Positions 1-8,680 of a stretch of 64,000 nucleotides of DNA are shown here, one piece after another. The position numbers and the translations under genes were made by a program. This DNA is from Myxococcota bacterium (lineage in GTDB: Bacteria; Myxococcota_A; Polyangia; Polyangiales; Houyiibacteriaceae). Every line of letters begins with the position of its first letter. Position 1 is the first letter of the stretch. Below the pieces are notes generated by a model. The model worked only from the letters and a program-made list of their open reading frames with translations. It was not told the origin of the DNA and did not search any database. The stretch covers positions 2,248 through 66,247 of the forward strand of contig JBCDAA010000002.1 of NCBI GenBank assembly GCA_039186435.1. Reading direction: 5' to 3'.

Positions 1-69
1 TGCCTTCGATGTCTGCTTCGAGGCCGCAGAGGGCTTCACAGATTCGGCAAAAGCTTGTCTCCGTTCGCA

Positions 70-939
70 TCACCACCACTTGTCGAGGACGGCGCCGAGC
101 TCCTCGTCAGTGCAGTGTACGTCGACGACCTCCTTTTGTTCGAGAAGCCATTCGACGACGCGCTCGGCGCGCTCGCTTCCCCGTCCGCCCATTTCCATTG
201 CGTCGACGAAGCCGGGAACCAGGGTTTTGAGGCCGTTTTCTTCGAGCTCAAGCCAGCCCTGCTTGATAAACGCGCCGAGCAGCTCGTTCGCGCTTTGCCG
301 TAGCATGCTCACTTCCGCGCTCACGGTCAGGTCGGTTTCCTCACCGCCGGCATCGAGAGCAGGGGGAAAGAGCGCGCTAAACACGCCGGGCTTGAGCTTC
401 ATGACCTCCGGCGGACCGAAGGCGCTGATCGTGTACGTGCCCTGAAGGATCTCCGTCGCGCGGCGCTCTGGATCGCGCGAGGCCACGCCATCGCCGCGAA
501 AGCGGAACCGAACGCCCTCAAAGGGGATCGCCGCCTGAAGACGAATCGGGACGTTGGTGTCGTGGCCGTCGTCGAAGAAGACGTCGCAGGTGCCTTCGAG
601 CTCGACGTTCAGGTGCGTCTCCTCGTGACCGACGATGCGCAGCTTCGTTTCGTAGAGCTCGCCGGACTCAACGACATACAGGGAGGCTTCCGGATCCCCG
701 TCGCCTCGCCACGCGCCTTCCTGGTAGATCTCGAGGCCGATCAGATCACGCCATTCGTCGCCGTCGAAAGGGAGAGCCTCGATGAGGAGCCGAGGCGCAA
801 GTTTCTCCCGCGCGCCGGCGGAGCGCACCTCGGCGTCACTGCAGACCACTTTTAGACTCCAGAGGCCTTTCGGGCTGAGGGTGATCGCCGACCGCTTCGG
901 GTCGACCTCAAAGGTCCAATCGTCGCCCAGGCGCAGCAT
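70..939 (-). CDS. hypothetical protein, no recognisable family
   Basis: 289-aa ATG-initiated ORF with coding-like composition. Overlapping ORFs in other frames are Arg/Ser/Pro-rich shadows typical of high-GC DNA. No signal peptide or known motif seen. Confidence 0.55.
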   Translation of the reverse strand: MLRLGDDWTFEVDPKRSAITLSPKGLWSLKVVCSDAEVRSAGAREKLAPRLLIEALPFDGDEWRDLIGLEIYQEGAWRGDGDPEASLYVVESGELYETKLRIVGHEETHLNVELEGTCDVFFDDGHDTNVPIRLQAAIPFEGVRFRFRGDGVASRDPERRATEILQGTYTISAFGPPEVMKLKPGVFSALFPPALDAGGEETDLTVSAEVSMLRQSANELLGAFIKQGWLELEENGLKTLVPGFVDAMEMGGRGSERAERVVEWLLEQKEVVDVHCTDEELGAVLDKWW

Positions 940-1025
940 CGCGTTCAGCTAGCACCTCCGCGAGGCACGGCAAGACGGTCTGCTCACGTGGGATACGCGG
1001 CCGCGGAAATGCCCACGCGGAGCCG

Positions 1026-1868
1026 TCAGGCGAACGGCCGCAGTGCGGCGTCTACCGAGCCTAGGTAGCCCGCGCCAAAGAGGTTCACGTGCACGAGGAG
1101 CGGATAGAGCTGGTAGAGCGAGACCCGTTCTTCGGCGCCTTCGGCGAGTGGATAGGCTTCCTGGTAGGCATCGAAAACCCGCGCCGAAAAGCCGCCGAAG
1201 AGGCGCATCATCGCGAGGTCGACCTCCCGGTGACCACCGTAGACGGCGGGATCGATGAGGCAGGGCTGTCCGCGCTCGTCGCGGTGGAGGTTTCCGCCCC
1301 AGAGATCGCCGTGCAGGCGCGCCGGGGGTTCGGGGGGTCCGACGAGGGAATCGAGGCGCGCAAAGAGATCGTCAAAGCGTCGGCGAAGCGCGCGCGGAAC
1401 GAGCGCCCCCGCTCGGTCGAGCTCTGCGCGCAGGCGATGCTCCCGATAGAACGTTGCCCAGTCGTCTTCCGGGGTGTTGCGCTGAGGGAGGCGCCCAATG
1501 AAGTTGTCGTGATCGGCGCCAAAGCTCGCGGGGGTGTTCCGATGAAGCTCGGCGAGACCGCGTCCCAGGAGCTCGTCGAAGTCGCCGACGCGCGTGCCGG
1601 GCGAAAGAAATTCCAGCACGAGTACGTTCGATCCGGCTACGACGACCTTGGGGATCCGGAGTGGACCCACGCGTAAGAACGACAGGCCCTTCGCTTCGGC
1701 CGCGAACATGCTCCTCGGTGCGTTTCGATTTCCTTTGACGAACACGCGGCGTCCATCCGCGAGCGTGACGTCGAAGGCCTCGTTGATGTCGCCCCCGGAA
1801 AGGGCGCGCGTTTGGGTGGGCTCGCTTTGAAGGAGTTCGCTGAGCTCGTGAGCGAAGACTTCGTGCAC
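1026..1868 (-). CDS. fructosamine/ketosamine kinase family protein
   Basis: 280 aa. Has GGDINEAF near the N-terminus and HGDLWGGN plus IDPAVYGGHREVDLAM, the pattern of the fructosamine-3-kinase / aminoglycoside-phosphotransferase fold. Confidence 0.85.
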   Translation of the reverse strand: MHEVFAHELSELLQSEPTQTRALSGGDINEAFDVTLADGRRVFVKGNRNAPRSMFAAEAKGLSFLRVGPLRIPKVVVAGSNVLVLEFLSPGTRVGDFDELLGRGLAELHRNTPASFGADHDNFIGRLPQRNTPEDDWATFYREHRLRAELDRAGALVPRALRRRFDDLFARLDSLVGPPEPPARLHGDLWGGNLHRDERGQPCLIDPAVYGGHREVDLAMMRLFGGFSARVFDAYQEAYPLAEGAEERVSLYQLYPLLVHVNLFGAGYLGSVDAALRPFA

Positions 1869-2051
1869 GGTGAAACCCTAAACCACTCTTCCGTGGAAGG
1901 GATCTGTCCAAGCGACACATCTCTCGCGTTTCGGCCGGTCGGTTTGTGAACCCCGGGCACGGTGTGGCCGTTTCGAAGCAGGGCCGCTCACCGGCGCGCG
2001 CATTCTTACAGAAAGAGATGCGTGGCACGCCGGCTGCAGAGAACGCTCGCC

Positions 2052-2489
2052 ATGACCCACAGCCAAACGCTCGTCACATCGTTCGCGGTACTTTCGTTTC
2101 CGCTCTTGGGATGCTTCATCGACTCCGAGGAGATCGGCGCATCGCTGCCGTGCATCGCCTGCCATCTCGAGGAGCAGCAGCCACCGATCGTTTTGGGGGA
2201 CGTCGTGATTCCTGTGCAGGCCACGCATCGCATGGATCTCGGCGGCGTCTTCTCCGTGGAGCGGTCCGCTCGCTCCAACGATCACACCCTCGAGGAGAAC
2301 GTGACGATCATCGGCGAGGACGTAGTGGTTCACGCGACGGTCGATGGAGTCGACCTTGGCGACGCGCGCTCGGTCGCAATCGAAAAGGCCGCGCACGAGA
2401 TTCGCTACGCGGCCGAGTTCGACGACGGTGTCACCCTCTCAGGGACGCTGTGCTTTCAGGTGGAGAATCAGCCGGCGTCTTCGCCGTGA
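2052..2489 (+). CDS. small lipoprotein with a single CXXCH motif
   Basis: ATG 2052 gives MTHSQTLVTSFAVLSFPLLGC (lipobox). Contains CIACH. Third-position GC is high. The antisense ORF 1878-2396 looks like a shadow. The 3' end overlaps the convergent His-rich gene by 22 nt. Confidence 0.5.
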   Translation: MTHSQTLVTSFAVLSFPLLGCFIDSEEIGASLPCIACHLEEQQPPIVLGDVVIPVQATHRMDLGGVFSVERSARSNDHTLEENVTIIGEDVVVHATVDGVDLGDARSVAIEKAAHEIRYAAEFDDGVTLSGTLCFQVENQPASSP

Positions 2490-3223
2490 TGGTGTCCTGC
2501 GTCTTCGCCGTGATGGTGTCCTGCGTCTTCGCCATGATGGTGTCCGGCGTCTTCGCCATGATGGTGTCCGGCGTCTTCGCCGTGATGGTGACCGGCGTCT
2601 TCGCCGTGATGGTGTCCTGCGTCTTCGCCGTGATGGTGTCCTGCGTCTTCGCCATGATGGTGTCCGGCGTCTTCGCCGTGATGGTGTCCTGCGTCTTCGC
2701 CGTGATGGTGTCCGGCATCCGGGTCGCCGTGACCCGAGCTCGCGATCAGCGCGACCAGCATGATCTCCCGCGGCGCGTCTTCACCAAAGGTCAGCATGTA
2801 GGTGTCTTCGTCGTGAAGGTGCATGCGGTGATCGGCGTCGAATACGTCCGGACACACGCCGTGCTGAAGCCCGCTCGTCAGGCCAACCACACTGAGGTTT
2901 TCAAGGGCATCGCGATGGCTCGTGAAGAGCGCGATGTCCGAGTGGGGAACCGCAAGCGTGAGCATTGCGTAGGCCGGCCCCGACTCCGGCAGCGTGATGC
3001 GATACATCGTTTCCCCGAAGGCGATCTGCGCCGCACTCGCACCTTCTTCGGTGGCGGACGCGGCGACGTCGACGGGCGCCGAGGACGCAACACTGCAGGA
3101 GGACATCGCCGCGCTGTCGAGCGAGCCAACCGGACGGGAGTCGCCGCTCCCATCCGAGCAGCCGAGACCGAGAAGAATCGCGAAGGAAAGGGCAAGTCGC
3201 ATGAGGCGGACCCTAGCGGCCAT
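2468..3223 (-). CDS. His-rich repeat lipoprotein, C-terminal (HHHGEDAG)x10
   Basis: Signal/lipobox MAARVRLMRLALSFAILLGLGCS (alternative ATG at 3202). The C-terminus is HGDPDAG followed by ten identical HHHGEDAG units, then the stop at 2468. Confidence 0.8.
   Translation of the reverse strand: MAARVRLMRLALSFAILLGLGCSDGSGDSRPVGSLDSAAMSSCSVASSAPVDVAASATEEGASAAQIAFGETMYRITLPESGPAYAMLTLAVPHSDIALFTSHRDALENLSVVGLTSGLQHGVCPDVFDADHRMHLHDEDTYMLTFGEDAPREIMLVALIASSGHGDPDAGHHHGEDAGHHHGEDAGHHHGEDAGHHHGEDAGHHHGEDAGHHHGEDAGHHHGEDAGHHHGEDAGHHHGEDAGHHHGEDAG
2471..2731. repeat. 24-bp tandem repeat x10 (plus one diverged unit) encoding HHHGEDAG
   Basis: Units of cgtcttcgcc(g/a)tgatggtg(t/a)cc(t/g)g read directly. 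All six frames are open across it, which generates several spurious track ORFs. Confidence 0.95.
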
Positions 3224-4535
3224 CGCTTGACGCGCGAAGCGGCAATTCGTCGCGGTCGCGCAGCGGAACAATCCACGCCTTGGGTGCAAAACCATCCGAA
3301 ACGCGACTCAGGTCAACCTCGGGGTCGATCAATTGCTGGCCGGGGCGTCCGTTGAGAGACGCCCACGCGTCCGCGCGAACCTCGACCTCACCACGTCCTT
3401 CTTCATTCCATCGATCTCTCAAGTAGTGCGCGAAACTTAAGATCAGGTCGGGCTGCGTTGGCACCATGCGCAGCTGAAGGGGCGTGAGGAACTCGCGCGG
3501 ATGCACCGTCGTTTCGCCGCGTTCGCTGCGCACGAGAAAATCCACCTGCCCAACCTTCTCCATGAGCATCACGTTCCAGGCGAAGCGATAGCCCTGCTCG
3601 TGCCAGCAGCGGTCGCCCCCGTAGAAGTGCTGCCGCAGCGGAAGCAAAAGCTGAAGGGCGAAGTGCACGCCGAGGAGTGCAAGGGCCGGGCGAGAAAGCG
3701 TGGACGGTTTGACCGCGACCGACGGCGTGGGGATGCGCTTCACGAAGCGTCGTGGCCAGCTCGGATCAAGAAAGAGCGACGCCGCAATCGTCATCAAGAG
3801 CGGAAAGATCCCGATCGGAAAGAGCAGGCCGGTCACGAGGTGGAAAACGATCACTGCAGCGAAGGCGAGGGCGCGCGTTCGTTTCCAGAGAAGCGCGAAG
3901 GGCACAAGCAGATCGAAGAGCATGCCGGCCCAGCTCATCGCAAAGGCGAGCCAAGGTTCATCCATGACCGGCCCGACAATCGGGGCGTCCGAGTAGCGGG
4001 CGAGCCACGTCCCGAGCGGTTCGGCGCGAAGGAGCCAGTCCTCACGAATCTTCGCAGCGCCCGCAAAGACGTAGACGAGCCCAATTTGAAGTCGGAGCAC
4101 ACGGAGCGGCCAGCGGGGGATGGGAGCGGAGCTCTTGCGACGCGCATCGAGCGAGCCGGCGTTGCCGAGGGGCATGAAGAAGAGCAGCGCCGCTAGCACG
4201 CTGACGAGGTAGTAGTGATTGAGATAGTTCGTGCGGTCGATCAGCTCGACGTAGGTAAACGAGACAAAGAAGAGGGCGACGCTGAGGCGATAGCGATAGC
4301 CGGCCGCGATGCCGAGGGCGGAGATCCCAATGACGCCAAAGAGCATGTGCATGCCCACCGGCCCAAGGGGCTGGATGAACTCGAGCCCCGGGTAGGGGAA
4401 CGTGATCGCCGGGGCGATGTAGAGGTCGTGTACCCACCCTTCGAGCTCGTAGCGAAGGACGTTGAACGCCATCGCCAACCCGAAGAGCACCCGAAATGCG
4501 ATGAGCGACGCCGGATCGTGGCGCGGAGCGGTCAC
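3213..4535 (-). CDS. HTTM domain membrane protein (vitamin-K-dependent gamma-carboxylase-like)
   Basis: 440-aa polytopic membrane protein. The N-terminal LIAFRVLFGLAMAFNVLRY...FPYPGLEFI...ELIDRTNYLNHYYLVSVLA layout matches the HTTM domain as I recall it. Confidence 0.75.
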   Translation of the reverse strand: MTAPRHDPASLIAFRVLFGLAMAFNVLRYELEGWVHDLYIAPAITFPYPGLEFIQPLGPVGMHMLFGVIGISALGIAAGYRYRLSVALFFVSFTYVELIDRTNYLNHYYLVSVLAALLFFMPLGNAGSLDARRKSSAPIPRWPLRVLRLQIGLVYVFAGAAKIREDWLLRAEPLGTWLARYSDAPIVGPVMDEPWLAFAMSWAGMLFDLLVPFALLWKRTRALAFAAVIVFHLVTGLLFPIGIFPLLMTIAASLFLDPSWPRRFVKRIPTPSVAVKPSTLSRPALALLGVHFALQLLLPLRQHFYGGDRCWHEQGYRFAWNVMLMEKVGQVDFLVRSERGETTVHPREFLTPLQLRMVPTQPDLILSFAHYLRDRWNEEGRGEVEVRADAWASLNGRPGQQLIDPEVDLSRVSDGFAPKAWIVPLRDRDELPLRASSDGR

Positions 4536-4545
4536 TAGACGTGCT

Positions 4546-5619
4546 CTAGTCGCCGTCGGTCGGATTGAACGTCACCGTCACCGAGAGCGCCCCTGCGACC
4601 TCCGTCGAGAGGAACCGTTGGAGGTCGCGGATTGCGTCGTACGCAGCGTCGACGTCGCCCGGCGCCATGGTGATCGCGTCTCCTAGGGACGTGGGCTCCA
4701 GCGCTTCGAGTCGCGCGATGGCGGTGTCGATCCCCTCGGTCACCTGCGGGTCGAGCTCCGGTCGGCGAGAGAGCAACCAGTCACGAATGCCGACTCCATC
4801 GACGCCGTTGAAGTCGCCGCTGTAGACGTTGCGAACGCCGCGGAGAGCATCGATGGCGTCACCGAGCGAGCGCTCCGAGAAGGGCGCCTCGAGGAGCGTG
4901 AGATCGGGGACTCGATCGTTGCGGCGACCCTGGGGCTTTCCGACCTTGAGCTCGCGCACGTTTTCGATCGTAAAGACCATTTGGTCGAAGACGACGCTCG
5001 CAGCAGCGAAGACACTTCGATAGGGCGTCGTTCCGTTGACAAGGGCTCCGCCGTGGTCGCCGCCTTCGGACGCCCAGGCGTCGACGTATTCCCCGGCTTG
5101 GCGGTGAAGATGCGCGGTCAGAGCGAGGGCATACTCGCAGCGGCGAGGCTCGGCTTGAAGCGCGGCGAGGGGATCGTCCGGGGAAAAGAGTAGGTAGCCG
5201 AGGGCGGGAAAGCCCTTCGCGCCGCTTCCCATTCCGTCGAGGGCTTCCACGCTAAGCGGAGCGCTGTCCGCGAGGACGTCGTCGACAGTGGGCGTTCGCG
5301 CCGGCCAGAAGTCGACGGTGGGCCCAAGGCGCAGCGGGTTGTCCGTGTGCGGTCCAAAGGAAAAGGGCTCGGCTTGCTTGAGCGGCGCCTTGGCGGCGCC
5401 GAATGCGTCCCGAAGTGCTGCGAATCCGGCTTCGTCGGGCGCCGCGCAGAACGCTTCAGTCGTCTGCTGGAGCGCTTCGGTCTGCACCACGAAGTCTTGG
5501 TAGGTGGGAAGGAAGACCGTGTCCGTCATCGACTGGAGCATCGCGGAACGATCGAAATTGTCGGTCGTGCCGCCATCGCTGCAGGAGAGAAGGACGAACG
5601 CTAAAAGCACGCGGTTCAT
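4546..5619 (-). CDS. imelysin-like (M75 / IrpA-like) lipoprotein
   Basis: Internal ATG 5619 gives MNRVLLAFVLLSCSDGG and a 4-nt ATGA overlap with the upstream stop. The LPTYQDFVVQTEAL...AFCAAP...LKQAEPFSFGPH segment resembles imelysin-fold proteins. Confidence 0.7.
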   Translation of the reverse strand: MNRVLLAFVLLSCSDGGTTDNFDRSAMLQSMTDTVFLPTYQDFVVQTEALQQTTEAFCAAPDEAGFAALRDAFGAAKAPLKQAEPFSFGPHTDNPLRLGPTVDFWPARTPTVDDVLADSAPLSVEALDGMGSGAKGFPALGYLLFSPDDPLAALQAEPRRCEYALALTAHLHRQAGEYVDAWASEGGDHGGALVNGTTPYRSVFAAASVVFDQMVFTIENVRELKVGKPQGRRNDRVPDLTLLEAPFSERSLGDAIDALRGVRNVYSGDFNGVDGVGIRDWLLSRRPELDPQVTEGIDTAIARLEALEPTSLGDAITMAPGDVDAAYDAIRDLQRFLSTEVAGALSVTVTFNPTDGD

Positions 5620-6989
5620 AGAGACTCCAAAAAGGCGATCAACCGCGCGCGGTCTGCTTCCGAAAGGGCGCGGAATGCCTCGCGCGCTTCCTCTGCTTCT
5701 CCGCCGTGCCAGAGGATCGCCTCGGCGAAGCCGCGCGCTCGCCCATCGTGGAGGAGGTTCTGATGACCGTTGACCGACTCGAGGTAGCCGAGGCCCCAGA
5801 GCGGCGGCGTTCGCCACTCCTGTCCATCCGCTTCAAACACCGGGCGCGCATCGGCGAGGTCGGGGCCCATGTCGTGCAAAAGCAGATCGGTGTACGGCCA
5901 AATCGATTGATCCGAGAGTTCTGGAAAGCCCTCGAGCGTTCCCGTTTGGTGGTTGGCCACGTGGCAGCCATCACAGCTGAGGCGCCGAAACACCGAGCGT
6001 CCGCGGAGTACCTCCGATTCGAGCGCGCGAGGGCGAAACGGGGGCGCGAGGGTGCGACTGTAGAACGAGACCTTCTCGAGAAGCTCGTCGTCAATTTCTG
6101 GGGCGCCACCGTTTGGGGCAGCCGCGCAGTCGTCTTGGCCGGGCGGGCAGTTCTCAACAGGGTGGAGCGACGACGTGATGCCGAGGTCGCCGAAGAACGC
6201 GCCCGCGGTTTGGTGGCGGACGGTCGGCTGCTCGCTCTTCCAGCCGAAACGACCGATCGCCATGGCGCCAGCCTCCGGATCCCAAACCCGCTGAATCTCT
6301 CCGCTGATCGCGTCGCCGTCCGCGTCATCCGGATCGGCCAGTTCTTCCAGACGGGCCGCCGGGATCGCCTCGAGCAGCCCGAGGCCGATCATGTGCGGCG
6401 CGACGCGTGGCGAAAACTGAATCTCCGATGAAAGGGGGCCGAACGAGAGGTCTTCGAAGACGTACTCCGGTCGCCGCAGCGAATAGGGCGTTCCGTCCTC
6501 GTACGCGCCCGCTTCTTCGGTCCATCGAACAAAGACGCGACCTTCGCCTGGAACTTCACGAACCCCGAAGGGCTGAAACTGGCCGCCATACGCAGGATCC
6601 GGAAGAGGTCCGCCGTGCTCGTCGACCCCCGGAATCGAAAGGCGAATCAACACGCTCGTCAGCGTCGCGTTATCCTCCGGTGGCGTGCCTCGCCCGTCGC
6701 GAAAATGACAGGTCGAACAGGCGGCTCCGTTGAAGGTCGGGCCCAGGCCATCGCGCGCGGTCGTTGTGGACGGGGCGGTGACCCAGGCCTGGCCGAAGAA
6801 GGCGTTGCCCGTAAAAAAAGGCCCACGCCGTTCCGAGCTCAGGTTGGAGGACGGAAAGGTGTAGGCCTGTGACCCGCTCACGAGCAGGAGCAACGTCGTG
6901 TCTCCGCCGGGTCGCTCTTCCCCTGGTTCGAGCTGCGGGTCGGATCCACAGGCAACCAGGAGCGCGAGGCAGGCGGAGACACGGGTCAT
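5616..6989 (-). CDS. di-haem cytochrome c, DUF1111 (thiol-oxidoreductase-like) lipoprotein
   Basis: Lipobox LALLVACGS. Two CXXCH motifs (CSTCH, CDGCH). Size and GLGPTFNGAAC context are typical of DUF1111 proteins that accompany imelysins. Confidence 0.8.
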   Translation of the reverse strand: MTRVSACLALLVACGSDPQLEPGEERPGGDTTLLLLVSGSQAYTFPSSNLSSERRGPFFTGNAFFGQAWVTAPSTTTARDGLGPTFNGAACSTCHFRDGRGTPPEDNATLTSVLIRLSIPGVDEHGGPLPDPAYGGQFQPFGVREVPGEGRVFVRWTEEAGAYEDGTPYSLRRPEYVFEDLSFGPLSSEIQFSPRVAPHMIGLGLLEAIPAARLEELADPDDADGDAISGEIQRVWDPEAGAMAIGRFGWKSEQPTVRHQTAGAFFGDLGITSSLHPVENCPPGQDDCAAAPNGGAPEIDDELLEKVSFYSRTLAPPFRPRALESEVLRGRSVFRRLSCDGCHVANHQTGTLEGFPELSDQSIWPYTDLLLHDMGPDLADARPVFEADGQEWRTPPLWGLGYLESVNGHQNLLHDGRARGFAEAILWHGGEAEEAREAFRALSEADRARLIAFLESL

Positions 6990-6992
6990 GCG

Positions 6993-8160
6993 TTACTCAG
7001 GATTCGGGACGGTGAAGCCGAGCGCAAAGAAAACCTCGCTGAGCAGCATCTCCTGCTCGCGAAGCGAATCGATGAGCGCCTGAACACGCCCATTTCCTTC
7101 GGTGTTGCCCGGGGAGATCTCGAGATCGAAGGGGGGCTGAAGCGCGCGCGCAAGGTCCACGCTGGTCTGAATGCGCGTGCGGAGGTTGTCGGCGAGGGTC
7201 GGATCGAGCTCGCGCACGACGTCTTCGATGCTGGTGCCGCTCACGACCGAGCCGTCGATGCGGGTGTAGCGACCGAGGTAGATGTTCTGGACCCCGATGA
7301 CGTCGAAGAGCATGTCGTTGTGGGTGTTGTCGGAAAAGCAGCTGTGCTCCTCTTCCTGGTTGCCCGCGTCGAGGGCCGCCTGAAGACGCTCGCCGGCGGT
7401 CTCGAAGCCGCTGAGAACGATCATTCCCGTGAGAATGCGCTGGAGCGCGACGTCCTCGTCGACGGTCTCCATGTCCTGGCGGTAGTTCGACTGACCGGGC
7501 GCCCACGCGTCGACGAGATCCGAGAGGTTGCTCTCGAGAAGGTCGCCGGCGGTCGTAAGGTACTGCCCACGGCGGTCGGCGTTGTCGGCCGTTGAGAAGT
7601 CCTCGAAGGTGCGCTGGCCGGGCATCCGCATGCTCGGCTCGGTGAGGTCCTGGCCCCAGAGCAGGAACTCGATCGGATGCCAGCCGGCCGCCACGTCCGC
7701 GTCGCCGCCTTCGCCGTTGGCGCCGCTGATCGAATCGGCGGAAATCGTAAATCCGGTGTCGTTGACCCGGCCTGCGGTCGCATCGCCATCCACGTAGTCG
7801 ACGGTCTGCTCGTCCATGGGCCAGGCGTTGATGAGTCCTTCCGGGTCTCCGTCCATGCCGTCGATGGGGCCGTCGTAGAACCGGTACACCTCGGTCTGGA
7901 GGTAAGGCTCGCGGGCTTCAAGCCACACGTCCTTTGCCGCCTGCAGCGTATCTGCAGATGCGCCGTCGACGAGCGCCTGAAGTGCGGTGTTCATCCGCTG
8001 GATCTCCGTGAGGGAGTCCTGGTAGCTCGCGTGCACGATTTCGTTGTAGGTCTGAATCGCTGCCGCGGTCGTATCTGAGGATCCATCGCCGTCGTCGCCG
8101 CAGCTAAACGCCAGCAGGCTGAGACCCAAAGCCATCGTTCGCCTTGTCATTGTACTCTCC
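6993..8160 (-). CDS. imelysin family (M75, EfeO/IrpA-like) lipoprotein
   Basis: ATG 8160, preceded by AGGAGA, gives MTRRTMALGLSLLAFSCGDDG. The longer 8579 start adds an Arg-rich non-signal extension. There is a 3-nt gap to the next gene. Confidence 0.7.
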
Positions 8161-8164
8161 TGAA

Positions 8165-8189
8165 GAAATTGAAAATTGTTTTCAATTTC
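8165..8189. promoter_or_regulatory. perfect palindrome GAAATTGAAAA-TTG-TTTTCAATTTC, Fur-family (7-1-7-like) operator candidate
   Basis: 11-nt arms are exact reverse complements. The inner TGAAAAT-T-GTTTTCA resembles TGATAAT-N-ATTATCA. Lies 5 nt upstream of the imelysin operon start/SD. Confidence 0.6.
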
Positions 8190-8271
8190 GCCTTTCCTAC
8201 CAGGGAAAATCCTGAGTGCAATCGCTGTGTTGGGCCCCCGTGAGAAATCCCTCGAAGGATCTTGAGGTTTT

Positions 8272-8299
8272 TGAAAATCAATTTCATTAATGAGGTCAT
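8272..8299. promoter_or_regulatory. Fur-like box pair (TGAAAATCAATTTCA plus AATGAGGTCAT)
   Basis: 12/15 match to TGATAATCATTATCA by my count. Followed by an AATGA-N3-TCAT core that overlaps the ATG of the small ORF. Confidence 0.55.
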
Positions 8300-8528
8300 G
8301 CCCAAGCGACACTCGTTGGCCCGCAATTCTTTCTGCCGAATCGATCAGCTCTGCGGCTGTGGTCGAGTCATCGAGGTTTCCGTGGGGGCCTTCTCTTTGC
8401 GCTTCGACGCCGGGTCGCTGCGAAAGCTCGGCAACACGATCAACGAGGCGCTGAGCAAGCTCGAACGTGAGTCTGAAGAAGCGGCGTTGCTCCTCGACGT
8501 GAAGCCAGCGCCACGAGGGCAGGCATGA
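8298..8528 (+). CDS. candidate small protein (76 aa), unknown function
   Basis: The ATG overlaps the end of a Fur-like site. Third-position GC is coding-like. Sequence is MPKRHSLARNSFCRIDQLCGCG...VSVGAFSLRFDAGSLRKLGNTINEAL. No family recognised. Confidence 0.35.
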   Translation: MPKRHSLARNSFCRIDQLCGCGRVIEVSVGAFSLRFDAGSLRKLGNTINEALSKLERESEEAALLLDVKPAPRGQA

Positions 8529-8680
8529 ACGCCGCGCACGTTGCCCACTTCGAACTGGACGGTGACGTGCGCTCTCCAACTCGCTCGCCCATACTGGCAG
8601 CGGTGGGTAGTGGAGCTGGCGTGGGTTCTACGCGCTGCGGGCAACGCGTTTCTCCGCTTGAACACCCCCGATGATCTCGA

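Noticed and set aside
1946-3355. Long plus-strand ORF (469 aa) and the repeat-borne ORFs 2344-2763(+) and 2431-2718(-)
   Set aside because: They are open only because the 24-bp tandem repeat lacks stops in all frames. Their products are Arg/Gly-rich or VFAVMVS-type low-complexity strings. The minus-strand frame, with a lipobox and a clean HHHGEDAG repeat, is the coherent gene.
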